A DNA stretch of 64,000 nucleotides, taken from the NCBI GenBank assembly GCA_965243135.1, contig OZ251539.1:5664001-5728000 (forward strand), written 5' to 3'. How positions within the stretch are numbered: position 1 is the first letter of the stretch; every line of letters starts with the position of its first letter. The notes beneath the pieces are model-generated. The model saw only the letters and a list, made by a program, of their open reading frames with translations. It was not told where the DNA came from and did not search any database. The stretch comes from Alphaproteobacteria bacterium. Its GTDB lineage: Bacteria; Pseudomonadota; Alphaproteobacteria; MPNO01; UBA830. Made by a program: the position numbers and the translations under genes. Below are positions 49,454-59,908 of the stretch, in pieces.

Positions 49454-49940
49454 CGGCAATTCCCGCTAAGGCTCTTGGAAAATACGGGGTTTCAGAAAAA
49501 TTTTTCGTAGATTTTTCCGGGTATTTGCCTGAGGGATTTGTCGCGGCGGCTTGTCCATTGGTACTTCTCGACGCACCTTCCGGACATGCGGCCGCCTTGG
49601 CGAAAATTGCTGTGGCGAAACCGAGCCGCTGGCCTCGCTTCGCTTCTTGCCCGGAAGCGCTCAGCGCCATTGTCTCCCCGCGGCGCCTCCGCTCCTTTTC
49701 CGCCGTTCCGCGCTTCCAGACAGCGCGTCTCGTACTCCCGCGTTGTGATGGAGGGGGCCGGAGAACGACGCCGCTTCGACGACCGAGCGCGTTCCGGAAG
49801 GCTGTCAAGAACCTCTTGGGGAGGCCGGAGACTCCTCGCCAAGGTTTTCCACGTTGTGGGCACCTGGCGTTTCGTCCGCTCCCATGGCCCTGTACATGTC
49901 CCGCGCGTCAGGTCCTGACGGCCGCCGCGGATACCTGAGC
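49454..49940 (+). mobile_element. Eroded relative of the ISNCY-like element
   Basis: cggcaattcccgctaaggctc...aaaaatttttcgtagattttt matches the end of the intact IS at 23334-23260. Confidence 0.6.
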
Positions 49941-50428
49941 GGTCGAACCGGCGCATAGCTGTCGCCGACGCCGCTCATGGTTCTCAGCACGGCGGGCAGG
50001 AAGGCGCTCCCTCCGCGAAAGGCGCTCAGCAGAGTTCGTTGCGCTATTTTGAAAGCGGAGTCGTTCGGCGAACGCACGGCGATCTGGGGCATGGAGCTTT
50101 CCTTGTCTTTCACCGTGAGCCTGGAAATATTCTTCGATAGCTCCAAACATAACAAGAGCCGAATTAAAGGCGTTTACGGCGCGCCGTTCCCGTCGGCCGA
50201 ACGCCCGGCGATTCGTCCGCCCGCCGACGGAAGCGCAAGGGTGGTTCAGGCGTCCTTGAACAAGCGAAGATTACGCAGCGACGCAAACCCGTCGCCCGAC
50301 CGCAAGCGTCTTTGGCGTTGCGTTCGACAGCGCCCCCTTCCGAAAGGAAGCCGACGAAAGGTTTTACCGTTGGCGGGCAGCTTGACGACGATCACCGAGA
50401 AAAGCCGGTTCGGCGGAGAGTCGGTCGG

Positions 50429-51040
50429 TCAGCGATTGCCGATCTCGCCCAGCAGGCGATCGATGGCGTTCGTAAACCCCTTCAAGGAGCCCTCGAGGCG
50501 AAACGGCTCGCCTCCGCCGGCCGCCGGTTCGGCCTCCACGTGAAGCACCACTCCCGCCCGGAAGCTTTCGATCATTATCTGGCTGAGGGCGCCGCGCGCG
50601 ACGCAGCCGTTCGGGAAACAGGAATCGAACGCAAGCAGAGTGCTTGGCGCCTCGTCGGCGCGCAGCCGCAGGCCGCTCTTCAACTTCAGGCCGAACGGCG
50701 TGACCACGACCGCCTCGAATCCCTTGCCGGGGGAGGCCAGCGGGACGAGAGTCACGGTCAGCAACGGCTGCCGTTGTCCGGACTGGGGGTCTTGCCAGAT
50801 GAACCGCTGCTCCATGACGCACTGCCGCACGCTCTCGCCTTCCCTCTCCTCGACCGCGCAGCGCACCGTCCAGTTGTTGTAGGTTTCGGAAAAGGCGCTC
50901 GGCCCGGAGACCTGCGCATGCGAGGGCACCCCCCAACCGAGCGCCGCGAACGCGATTGCGGCGAAGCGGACGACGAAATTTCTCGCGATCGTCCCGCCCG
51001 GCCATCCATTTCTCGCGAACGGCGCTGCGGAACGCGTCAT
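50429..51040 (-). CDS. Invasion-associated locus B (IalB) family protein
   Basis: Signal peptide; ETYNNWTVRC, TPFGLKLKSG, CFPNGCVA, SLKGFTNA. Confidence 0.85.
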   Translation of the reverse strand: MTRSAAPFARNGWPGGTIARNFVVRFAAIAFAALGWGVPSHAQVSGPSAFSETYNNWTVRCAVEEREGESVRQCVMEQRFIWQDPQSGQRQPLLTVTLVPLASPGKGFEAVVVTPFGLKLKSGLRLRADEAPSTLLAFDSCFPNGCVARGALSQIMIESFRAGVVLHVEAEPAAGGGEPFRLEGSLKGFTNAIDRLLGEIGNR

Positions 51041-54000
51041 CAGAACCGTACCTTCAAGTTCATTTCTCCGCCGACTTCATAACTGTCCACCCGGTCCGTC
51101 GCAGCGTAGCTCAGCCCGCTCTGGAGCGTATACCGTCCGTCGCCCCAGACATGGATTCCCTTCAGGCCCAAGCGAAGCCAGGTAGCCTCCGCCTCCGACT
51201 TGAGATTCGTCCCGGACACGTTGACCGTCGTTTCGTCCCTGAGCTCGTGCTCCAAGTCTATCGAGCCGGACCAGCGACTGTCGGGATTCCCGTCCCAGCT
51301 CCCCTCGACGGTCACGCCCCCCCTGCCTTTCAGGCTTTGCCCGTCTGCAGAGATGCGCGGACCGTCTACAGACCCGTCTGCAGAGACGCGCTCTGTCACC
51401 TTGTCGGTGAAGCCCGGCCAAGACACCCTCGCATAGGTCAGCCCGAACCGGGGCACGACGACGACGCCGTCCTGGTCGGACCGGCGGCCGACTTCCACGC
51501 CCAACGCATGGCTGCGGCCCCTCGCTCCCTTCTTCAGGTCGCCGCGGAGCGAGGAACTGAGATCCGTCTCGTAAAACGTCGTTTCGCCCTGGACGTCCAC
51601 GTAGACGTCGTCCCGGCGCCAAGTGCCGGATATTCCCGCGCCGACGCCGAACAGATCGACTTTGCCGCCTTTCGAGATATCCGCCTGTCCGCGGCGATGG
51701 TGCACGGATACGCCGAAAAGGCCGTCGCGTATCGTCGTATCCAGCCCTCCCTGAAAGCCGCCGCTGTTGCGGTAGTATTCCAACTCCGACGTCGTCGAAG
51801 AAGCCGCTTTCCACTTGCCGTGAGAGCCGTACACGCGAGCCCATACGCCTTTCGCGTCCCGCGGCGCGGTCATTCGGTCGCGGAGATTCGTCAGTCTGGT
51901 CATCCCCAGCAGCACCGACGGCAGCGCCTCGTAAACCCGTGCGCGCGGCGCGAGTTCGCGAACCACCCTGACGCCGCCGCTCCCGTCCGTCTCCAAGCCT
52001 AGGTCATAAGCGCCGGACGGAGCCGACTCCGTGGTGCCGAGCCTGCCCAGCTTGATCGGCTCGGTCGAGCCGAAAGGTTGGTACCGTACGTCGACGCTCT
52101 CCTGTCCTTCGGCAGCCAGGATTCGGCCTTTCACCCGATCCACGGCTTCGCCCGACATTTCGTCGGGGCTTTCCTGGATCGTGATCTTGATATCGCCCCG
52201 TTCGCTCGAAACCGCGATAACGTCGTCTCCGCCTCCGGGGTTGATCCGGCCTTTCGGACCTACGGTAAACGCGCCGCCCTCGTCGATCATGACGCGGCCG
52301 ACCGCGCCGTTCACCGTCAACGCGCTCTCGCCTTCGCCTACCCGCGTGGCTACGCGCACGGCGCCCGTCACCGTTCCGCCTTCCGCCACCGTAACCCTGT
52401 GCTTCCCGGTCCCCAGAGCGAGCACGTCGCCCGTAAGCATGCCGGCCAGGTTGGCGGTCAGGTCTTCGGCGTCGCTGCGGACTGCCTCGCCCTCGATTCC
52501 GGTGATCGAGCCGGTACCGCTGACCGTCACCGTGCCGCCTTTTTCCAGCCACACGCGCCCGGCCGTGCCAGCGACCGTCACCTCGCTTGCGGCAAGCTGG
52601 ATGGTTCCTCCCACCGTCCCGCCATCGTGCACCGTGACGGTGTGGTCGCCCGAGCCATCGCCGAGGATATCGCCCGTGACCATGCCCGTCACCGACGCGG
52701 TCAGATCTCCGAGCGCGTGGATGTTGCCCTCCACCGTTCCGGCCACCGTCGCGTCGAGGGCGCGCGAGCCGCTGGAGAATATTGCCGTGGGCTTCGAGGA
52801 GATTACCCTGCCGGTCCGGCCAACCGTCACCGTGCCGCCGTCAGACAAGATTACTCCGCTGTTGCCGCCGGTCACGTCGCCATCGACTCTGACGATGCCG
52901 GTCGGCACGTTTCCATTCGCGTCAGCGCTGGTGGACACTTGGATGCCGGCAAGGCCGCCCGAGACGCTGGCGCCTTCGCCGACGGTTATCGAGACGGTGC
53001 CCGCGCCGCTGAAATCCGCCAGCACGCCAAGGCTGCCGGATCCCGCCGCCCTGACCTCGCCGTCAGCGATGTTGATGGAGCCGCTGCCGGCCGTGGAGCG
53101 ATAGAGATGGACGCCGTGGCCATAGTCGCCCGCTGTCGTAGCTTCGCCGCCGGTCATGCGGAAGGCGAGGCTGCCGGCGCCGTTCTGCTGGACGAAAACG
53201 GCGTTGGCTCTTTCGCCTTCCGTCTTGACGGAACCGGACAGTTCGACCGCCAGATCGCCGCTGCCGTCGTTGATCGCGTGGATGCCGTGAGCGTCGGCCC
53301 CTTTCGTGGTGACGGAGCCTCCGTCCACGGTCACTGCGACATTGCCCTTGGCACCGCGATGTTCGGCGAAGACGCCGTGAGCTTCTTCGCCTGCGGTCGC
53401 GGCGGCGACGCCCGTCAAGCGGACGGCGACGCTGCCTTCGTTTTCGTGCCGGGCCTGGACGGCGTAGGCGCCGCCAATCCCCGTCGTGTCGATGGAACCG
53501 CCCGTGACGGCGATGTCGATGTCGCCGACGCCGGTGCCATCGACCAATTCGTTAACGAAGCAGTCGTCGTTGTGGCCGGTGCAGCCGGGTTTCCGCGACC
53601 GGATGATCGTCTGCTGGATCAGACCGTAGACGCCGCGGGCGTGGTTGCCGGTGGTTGCGATGGCGGCATCCGTGACGGCGATGGCGATGTTGCCGGTGCC
53701 GATGTCGTTGGGGTCGACGGTCCCGTCGTTGTCGTCGGCCCCGCTGTCGCCCCGGTGCCGCGCCCAGATGCCGTGGGAGTCCTCGCCCTCAGTGGCGATG
53801 TCGCCGCCCGTCACGACGATGGAGATGCCGCCTCCGCCTGGCGTGACGACGGTTTCGCCTTCGCTGGCTCCTTCGCCTACACAATCGTCGGGGTCCGCCT
53901 CAGTACACACAGTCTCCGTTCGGGTCCTGCCGGTATGGGTGGCGTAGATGCCCTGGGCGTCGTCGCCCCAGGTCCGGATGTTGTTGTCGGTGGCGCGGAC

Positions 54001-55536
54001 GCGAATGTCGCCATGGCCCTCATGGCTGGCGTAGATGCCCCGGGCTTGGAAGCCGGTGGCTTGGGAGCCGCTGGGAGCGCCGTCAATCCTTTCCACGTAA
54101 CAGGCGCGGCGATCATCCGCCGTCTCGAGGGCCTGGCAGTAGGCGACATCCTCCGACAGGCTCTCGTCCAATGCCCGGAAGTAACGGCCGTTCCAGATAA
54201 CGATCTGGGGATCCGCGAAAAACTCGCGCGAGTCGGGATCCTCGGGGTCGTGATTCGGATTCCTGACGGGAAGATAGGCGAGGGTATAGGGGCGGAAGTC
54301 AGCAGTGAGGCCTTTATTCAGTCGAATAAACTGCGCAATGTTGACGAACTCGGGCGAGTCCGGGTCCGTAGGATCGTAATCCGAATTGCGAGTAAAGGGC
54401 TTGTCGGGGTCGAAGACAAGGTCGCGGACAAGGTCGCGCCGCGGGGTGCCGACCGCGCCTATGGGCACGATGCCCCCGGTGGCGATGTCGTAGCCTTCCA
54501 CCGTGACGGCGATATGCCCATATGCGGCGGCGCGGGTGTATTCGGCCCGGACCGCGTCGGCTTGGTCGCCGCGGGTTCCGACCAGCGGGCGGACGCGCTG
54601 TTCGCGGTCGCGGTCGGTCTCGATGAGGTTGACGACCACCGCGCCCCTTGCCCGCGTGATGGCGCCGCTGCCCTGCCTGACTACGCCATCCTCCTCGGTC
54701 CTGATGGTGTAGGAGTTGTCCGTGTTATCCCATGTGACGCAGTTGGTGGGGGCGACCCAGTCGCCGTGCTCGTCCCTGCATCTGAGGCTGGGGCTGAGCC
54801 AGTTGCCGTCCTCGTCCCTGTAGACGTAGCTGCCTTCCTGCCAGCCATAGACTCCGTAAGCATCGTTGCCGGTGGTTCGAACCGAGAGGTTGCGGACGTC
54901 GATGCCGACCCGGCCCTCCCCGGTGTGCTTGGCGTGGATGCCGTAGGAAGCCTCGCCCGTCTCATAATAGGCCGTGTTGCCCGTAGTGAAGATGCCACGG
55001 GCGTAATCCAGCGGGAACGGATACGAGAAGACGTTGGCGGCGCTGCCGAATTGCTCGGAGACGGAATGGGCGTAGATCTCCAGATTGCCGCTGCCCTCGT
55101 ACAGGGCTTCGATGGCGGGGAGGAAGTCGCCGGCAACGATGAGTGCGGGGTTGAGGACGACGAGGGCGCGGCCCTTCGTTTCCGCGCGCCCGTAACGGCA
55201 ATAGATGTCCTGGGTGAGATCGCGCACGACTTGGCCGCCGACCGCCCGATACAGGGCGCGGAATTTCTCGGGGTCGCGGACGAGCTCCCCGCCAGTAATG
55301 TAATCGTTGTCGTCGACTTGGATGACGCGGTTGCCATCCTCGTTCTCGACGCTGCCGCCCTCTATGATTGATATTGTGGGTGCTACGCTTGGGCAAGTAA
55401 ACCGCACTTGCGCCTCCGCCTCTCCGGCGCCGAAGGCGATCGCGCCGAGCAGCAGCCCTCCGACGACCGTCATTGCAGGGCGCTTCGCGCATCCTCTCCG
55501 AAGGAACCGCAGTCCGCGGCGGAAATCATCGTACAT
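51040..55536 (-). CDS. Large autotransporter (type Va), ~1500 aa
   Basis: Signal-like ..GAGEAEAQ; repeated I.V.GG.I.T.G..AHG beta-helix units; RARVYEALP linker; barrel ending LKVRF; alternative start 55596. Confidence 0.88.
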   Translation of the reverse strand: MYDDFRRGLRFLRRGCAKRPAMTVVGGLLLGAIAFGAGEAEAQVRFTCPSVAPTISIIEGGSVENEDGNRVIQVDDNDYITGGELVRDPEKFRALYRAVGGQVVRDLTQDIYCRYGRAETKGRALVVLNPALIVAGDFLPAIEALYEGSGNLEIYAHSVSEQFGSAANVFSYPFPLDYARGIFTTGNTAYYETGEASYGIHAKHTGEGRVGIDVRNLSVRTTGNDAYGVYGWQEGSYVYRDEDGNWLSPSLRCRDEHGDWVAPTNCVTWDNTDNSYTIRTEEDGVVRQGSGAITRARGAVVVNLIETDRDREQRVRPLVGTRGDQADAVRAEYTRAAAYGHIAVTVEGYDIATGGIVPIGAVGTPRRDLVRDLVFDPDKPFTRNSDYDPTDPDSPEFVNIAQFIRLNKGLTADFRPYTLAYLPVRNPNHDPEDPDSREFFADPQIVIWNGRYFRALDESLSEDVAYCQALETADDRRACYVERIDGAPSGSQATGFQARGIYASHEGHGDIRVRATDNNIRTWGDDAQGIYATHTGRTRTETVCTEADPDDCVGEGASEGETVVTPGGGGISIVVTGGDIATEGEDSHGIWARHRGDSGADDNDGTVDPNDIGTGNIAIAVTDAAIATTGNHARGVYGLIQQTIIRSRKPGCTGHNDDCFVNELVDGTGVGDIDIAVTGGSIDTTGIGGAYAVQARHENEGSVAVRLTGVAAATAGEEAHGVFAEHRGAKGNVAVTVDGGSVTTKGADAHGIHAINDGSGDLAVELSGSVKTEGERANAVFVQQNGAGSLAFRMTGGEATTAGDYGHGVHLYRSTAGSGSINIADGEVRAAGSGSLGVLADFSGAGTVSITVGEGASVSGGLAGIQVSTSADANGNVPTGIVRVDGDVTGGNSGVILSDGGTVTVGRTGRVISSKPTAIFSSGSRALDATVAGTVEGNIHALGDLTASVTGMVTGDILGDGSGDHTVTVHDGGTVGGTIQLAASEVTVAGTAGRVWLEKGGTVTVSGTGSITGIEGEAVRSDAEDLTANLAGMLTGDVLALGTGKHRVTVAEGGTVTGAVRVATRVGEGESALTVNGAVGRVMIDEGGAFTVGPKGRINPGGGDDVIAVSSERGDIKITIQESPDEMSGEAVDRVKGRILAAEGQESVDVRYQPFGSTEPIKLGRLGTTESAPSGAYDLGLETDGSGGVRVVRELAPRARVYEALPSVLLGMTRLTNLRDRMTAPRDAKGVWARVYGSHGKWKAASSTTSELEYYRNSGGFQGGLDTTIRDGLFGVSVHHRRGQADISKGGKVDLFGVGAGISGTWRRDDVYVDVQGETTFYETDLSSSLRGDLKKGARGRSHALGVEVGRRSDQDGVVVVPRFGLTYARVSWPGFTDKVTERVSADGSVDGPRISADGQSLKGRGGVTVEGSWDGNPDSRWSGSIDLEHELRDETTVNVSGTNLKSEAEATWLRLGLKGIHVWGDGRYTLQSGLSYAATDRVDSYEVGGEMNLKVRF

Positions 55537-55602
55537 CGACCAAGCTCCCAAGCTGTTTTGACTGAAACCGAACATCACAGACAAAGACGACGCCATTTTA
55601 CT

Positions 55603-55614
55603 CCCCCCCCCCCC
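55603..55614 (-). repeat. Poly-G(12) homopolymer upstream of the autotransporter
   Basis: 12 consecutive C on the plus strand, 6 nt upstream of the first in-frame ATG (55596). Confidence 0.9.
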
Positions 55615-55640
55615 TCTTTGCAACCGGAGGTTTCTCGCGC

Positions 55641-55835
55641 CGGCGATTCGCGCCAGCGAGGCCGACGTTCGAAGAAGGCGCGCCGGGGAGGCGCCGTTGG
55701 ATGGACAGGCCGCTTCGACGCGAGCGAAGCGCCTCATCCAAGAGCGAATAGTACCGAATCGTCCGGAAAAGTCCACGAAAAATTTTTTCGAACTCCCGGT
55801 TTTCCGTAGGTTTCGGGTCTCGGCGGGAATCGCCG
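55641..55835 (-). mobile_element. MITE (~195 bp) with ISNCY-like ends
   Basis: Ends cggcgattcgcgcc / cggcgattcccgcc; subterminal aaaaaatttttcgtggacttttc like the intact IS; flanks ttctcgcgc / ttccggcgc (7/9). Confidence 0.65.
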
Positions 55836-55883
55836 TTCCGGCGCGTCTCCTCGCATGGCTTCGACGCGTCGGCCTTCCGCGAA

Positions 55884-57275
55884 CTACGGCAGAAAATCGT
55901 CGAGATCCACCTTGTCGAAATTCCGCGGCATCGCGCGCCGAAAGCGCTCGCGCTCTTCGGCGGCGGCCGGCATGGTCGCGTCGATCATCCACTTCGTTCC
56001 GACGCGGTGGAAGCTGTTCTGGCCCGGCGCAACCGGAGAGACGTTGTCGAGCGCGAACACGCGGGTATGCGGGATGGTCACGATATCGCGCTCGGCGTGC
56101 ACGCGCGTCGTCATCGACCACATGACCTGACGCAGATCGCCGGCGTCCACGTCCGCGTCCACGGCGATCGCGAGTTTCGGGTGAAGGTACGGGCCCGAAA
56201 GCGCCGCCATCAGCGCCGTCTTGGCCTGGCCTTCGACGCGCGGACGAAGCTTTATCACCAGCATCATCATGCCCGCCGACGGATGGCAGCGCACGTCCAT
56301 CAGGTCGAGCCCGCCCTCGACGTTGCGGAGATGGTCCCTCGTCGCGGCCTCCACCCCGAGCGCCATCGTGCCCTGCGTGTCGGTCGTCGGATATCCGCAA
56401 TGCACGGCGTAGAAGACGGGGTCCTTGCGGCGCGTCATGCAACGAACCCGAAAGACGTGCGAATGGGTCGCCTCCGCGTAGGTGCCCGGAATTTCCCCGA
56501 AGGGGCCTTCCGGCACCTGCCTGTCGCGCAGCACCTCGCCCTCGAGCACGAGCTCCGCCTCGGCCGGAACCTCGAGATCCAGCGTCTTGCAACGAACCAT
56601 CCGCACGCCTTCCCCGATCAGCGCGCCGGCGACCTCAAGTTCGTCCTGTTCGAAGCCGGTCGTGAAGCCCGCGCCGAAGAACAGGGCCGGATGCCCGCCG
56701 TAGACCATGGCGACCGGCATGTCCCGGCCCTGCGCGGCGTACGCGTCGTAGATGCGCTTCGCCTGGCGCGGCACCATGATGAAGCCGGTTTCGCGTTCGT
56801 TCAGCACCATCTGGCGGTGAACCGACACGTTGCGGACTCCGGTCTCGGGATCCCTGACGATCGCCATGCCCGACGCGAAGTAGCGGCCGCCGTCCCGCTC
56901 GGAGGTCATCATCGACGGCACTTCGAGAATGTTCACGTCCGCGCCTTCCGCCACGACCTCCTGGACGGGCGCCTCGGCGGCGTCGACCGTGGGAACGGTC
57001 CGTCCGAGGCGGGCCGCGACTTCGTCGAGGATCCCGTCTTCCTCGATGCCGAGGCCGATGGCCCATTTGCGGCGGTCGGCGAGAATCTGGCTGACCGCCC
57101 GCCACCCCTCGTGACCCTTGATGCTGGTGAACAGGCTGGCCTTGCCGGCCTCGTTGAACGCCTTCCATTCGACGGCCGCCATGTTCTCCAGAGGATCCAC
57201 TTCCGTGGCGAAACGGATCAGTTCCCCCTGCTGCTCGAGATTGGCGAGAAAGGTGCGAAGGGACTGGTCGACCAT
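55884..57275 (-). CDS. UbiD-family (de)carboxylase
   Basis: ERDGGRY, RNVSVHR, VPAEAELVLEG, EGPFGE, VDADVD. Confidence 0.9.
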   Translation of the reverse strand: MVDQSLRTFLANLEQQGELIRFATEVDPLENMAAVEWKAFNEAGKASLFTSIKGHEGWRAVSQILADRRKWAIGLGIEEDGILDEVAARLGRTVPTVDAAEAPVQEVVAEGADVNILEVPSMMTSERDGGRYFASGMAIVRDPETGVRNVSVHRQMVLNERETGFIMVPRQAKRIYDAYAAQGRDMPVAMVYGGHPALFFGAGFTTGFEQDELEVAGALIGEGVRMVRCKTLDLEVPAEAELVLEGEVLRDRQVPEGPFGEIPGTYAEATHSHVFRVRCMTRRKDPVFYAVHCGYPTTDTQGTMALGVEAATRDHLRNVEGGLDLMDVRCHPSAGMMMLVIKLRPRVEGQAKTALMAALSGPYLHPKLAIAVDADVDAGDLRQVMWSMTTRVHAERDIVTIPHTRVFALDNVSPVAPGQNSFHRVGTKWMIDATMPAAAEERERFRRAMPRNFDKVDLDDFLP

Positions 57276-57287
57276 GCCCGGTTTCCT

Positions 57288-58373
57288 TTACGATGTTGCG
57301 CCGGCCGCCGGGCCGGACGATTCGGCGAGCGCGGCGTAGCGGCGGCGGTGCATTCCGGCGTTGCCGTAGCGCGCCGACAGGGTCATCGCCCGCTTCAGGC
57401 AGAGGCCGATGTCGTGTTCGTCCGTGAACCCGACGCCGCCGTGCATCTGGATCGCGGACTTGCAGACCGCGAGCGCGGCGTCGGCGGCGTAAGCCAGCGC
57501 GGCCGACGGCAGCGCCGGCGCGCCTCCGCCGGAATCCATGGCCCGCGCCGCCTGGTAGACCAGCGACCGGCACATTTCGACGGCGGCGTGATTGTCCACC
57601 GCCCGATGCTGCAACGCCTGGAAGGATCCGATCGGGCGGCCGAACTGTTCGCGAGTCTTCAGATATTCGATCGTCGTTTCCTGGGCGGCCTCCGCCACGC
57701 CGAGAAGTTCCGCCGCGGTGGCCAGATGGAGCGCGTCGAGCAGCGAGGCGACGGCCGCCGCGGCCTCGTTCGGGCCCGCCGCGAGACGCGCCTCGACGCC
57801 CGCAAACGATACGGTTCCGGTCGTCGTCCCGTCGGCCGCCCGCGACCATCGGACGTCCCCCGGCGGCGCGTGGACGAGAACCGTGCCGTCCGCGGCCGCT
57901 GCCGAAACCAGATACCCGTCCGCCCGGCCCGCGACGCCGGTCTTGGTCCCGTGCAGCGAGACGGCGCCGTTCCGCATCTTCGCGGCCGCCGCCGGCGGTT
58001 CGTCGCCGATCGCTCGGGGGCCCTCCGCCAGGGCCGGGAGGACGACCATGCGGCCCGCGACGACGGCCGAAGCCGTCTCCCGGTCTCCGCGCGCCAGCGC
58101 GCGCGCCGCCGCGGCGGCGGCGGCGATCGGTTCCGGGACGAGATTCCTGCCGAGTTGCTGGGAGACGAGGCACAGTTCCGTCAGCCCGAGGCCAAGTCCG
58201 CCGGCGGCTTCCGGCGCGAGAGCGGCGAGCCAGCCGGCCGCGGCGGCCTCCGACCAGATGCCGCGGTCGACGTCCCCCTCCGCCGGCCGGCGCAGCCGGT
58301 TCGCGTGCCGCGAGGCGAACGCCGCGGCGCTCTCGCGGAACATTTCCTGTTCTTCGGCGAGGACGAGGTCCAT
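57288..58373 (-). CDS. Acyl-CoA dehydrogenase family protein
   Basis: REQFGRPIGSFQALQH, IQMHGGVGFTDEH. Confidence 0.9.
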   Translation of the reverse strand: MDLVLAEEQEMFRESAAAFASRHANRLRRPAEGDVDRGIWSEAAAAGWLAALAPEAAGGLGLGLTELCLVSQQLGRNLVPEPIAAAAAAARALARGDRETASAVVAGRMVVLPALAEGPRAIGDEPPAAAAKMRNGAVSLHGTKTGVAGRADGYLVSAAAADGTVLVHAPPGDVRWSRAADGTTTGTVSFAGVEARLAAGPNEAAAAVASLLDALHLATAAELLGVAEAAQETTIEYLKTREQFGRPIGSFQALQHRAVDNHAAVEMCRSLVYQAARAMDSGGGAPALPSAALAYAADAALAVCKSAIQMHGGVGFTDEHDIGLCLKRAMTLSARYGNAGMHRRRYAALAESSGPAAGATS

Positions 58374-59908
58374 CACGCGGTTCCCGCGCCGCCGCCGGCG
58401 AGGCGGCGGCGGAGTTCGGCCTTGACGACCTTGCCGGTGCTGTTGCGCGGGAGGGCCTCGACCGGCAGCACGAGCCTCGGTTTCTTGTAGCTCGCGATCA
58501 GGCCGCGGCAGTGATCGACCAGATCCTCGTCCGACGCCTCCGTCCCCTCTTCGAAAATGACGAAGGCCGCGACGCGTTCGCCGAATTCCGGGTCGGGCGC
58601 GGGCACGACCGCCGCCTCCCTCACCGCCGGATGCGCCTCCAGGGCGTCCTCGACCTCGCGGGCGTAAATGTTGAGCCCGCCCGAGACGATCATGTCCCGG
58701 GCCCGGCCGACGAAATAAAGGTAACCGTCTTCGTCCAGCCGCCCGATGTCGCCGGTCGCGAGCCAGTCGCCGTGGAACGCCGCCCGCGTTTCTTCCGGCC
58801 TGCGCCAGTATCCCGTCATCGCGGCGACGCCGCGGGGGCCGCAGCGCATCAATATCTCGCCGGCCTCCCCCGCCGGCAGGTCTCTGCGGTCCGCGTCGAC
58901 GATCCGCAACTCGACGCCGGGAACGGGCCTGCCGCAGGACGCCGGACGGGCTTCCTGCTCGTCGGGGCGGAGGCAAGCGATGAATCCCGCTTCGGTCTGG
59001 GCGTAGAAGCTGTAAAGGCCGAGGCCGGGGAGGGCCTTCGCGAGGCGCTTCTTGAGGTCGACCGGAAACGTCTCGCCCGTCGCCAACATGGCGCGCAGGG
59101 TCCGGCACGCGCGGGGGCGCTTCTCGAACTCGTCCATCAGCATGCGGGCGATGGTGGGCACGAGGCCGATGACGGTGATTCCTTCGCGTTCGATCGTGTC
59201 GACGCAGGCCGCCGGGTCGAAGCGCGGCATCACGACGACGGTGCAGCCGACCGACACCGCGTTGGCGATCCGGCCGAGCCCCGTGCGGTGAGCCAGCGGC
59301 GTCGTGGCGAGAATCCTGTCGTCCGGGCGCAGCCCGAATTCCCGCGCGTTGATGAAGCCGCTGAGGAGAACGATGCCGAGATTGGTCGCGACGGCGCCCT
59401 TGGGCCGGCCCGTGGTGCCGGAGGTGTATCCGATCAGGAGATCGTCGGGTTCGCCCGGCAACGGCGGCGGCGCGTCGTCGCCCGCGAGAAGGGTCTCGTA
59501 GGCGGTCTCGCCGGATTCCGCGCCGCCGACCGCGATCAGCAAGGGGTCCGCCAGTTCAGAAGCGGCGTCGCGAACGGCGTCGCGGAAATCCGGCGCGAAC
59601 AGGATGGCCCAGGGTTCGCAGTCGCGCAGGATGTATCGCGCTTCCGCAGGGGCGAGCCGGGTCGCGATCGGCACGATGACGCCGCCGGACTTCGCCGCGC
59701 CGAGCATGGCTTCCGCAAGTTCGGCGCTGTTGGGGAGATACATCGCGAGCCTGTCGCCGGGTTTCTGGCCCAGCGCCGCGAAGGCGCCGGCCAGCCGGCC
59801 GGCCGCGCGGTCGAGCTCGCCGAAGGAGATGCGCCGCTCGCCGCACACGACCGCTTCCCGATCCGGGAACCGCAGCGCGCTGCCGGCGAGCATCGCGCCG
59901 AGTTTCAC
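58373..59908 (-). CDS. AMP-dependent acyl-CoA synthetase
   Basis: YTSGTTGRPKG, YAQTE, ATGDIG, GRARDMIVSGG, PRNSTGK; GTG start. Confidence 0.92.
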   Translation of the reverse strand: MKLGAMLAGSALRFPDREAVVCGERRISFGELDRAAGRLAGAFAALGQKPGDRLAMYLPNSAELAEAMLGAAKSGGVIVPIATRLAPAEARYILRDCEPWAILFAPDFRDAVRDAASELADPLLIAVGGAESGETAYETLLAGDDAPPPLPGEPDDLLIGYTSGTTGRPKGAVATNLGIVLLSGFINAREFGLRPDDRILATTPLAHRTGLGRIANAVSVGCTVVVMPRFDPAACVDTIEREGITVIGLVPTIARMLMDEFEKRPRACRTLRAMLATGETFPVDLKKRLAKALPGLGLYSFYAQTEAGFIACLRPDEQEARPASCGRPVPGVELRIVDADRRDLPAGEAGEILMRCGPRGVAAMTGYWRRPEETRAAFHGDWLATGDIGRLDEDGYLYFVGRARDMIVSGGLNIYAREVEDALEAHPAVREAAVVPAPDPEFGERVAAFVIFEEGTEASDEDLVDHCRGLIASYKKPRLVLPVEALPRNSTGKVVKAELRRRLAGGGAGTA

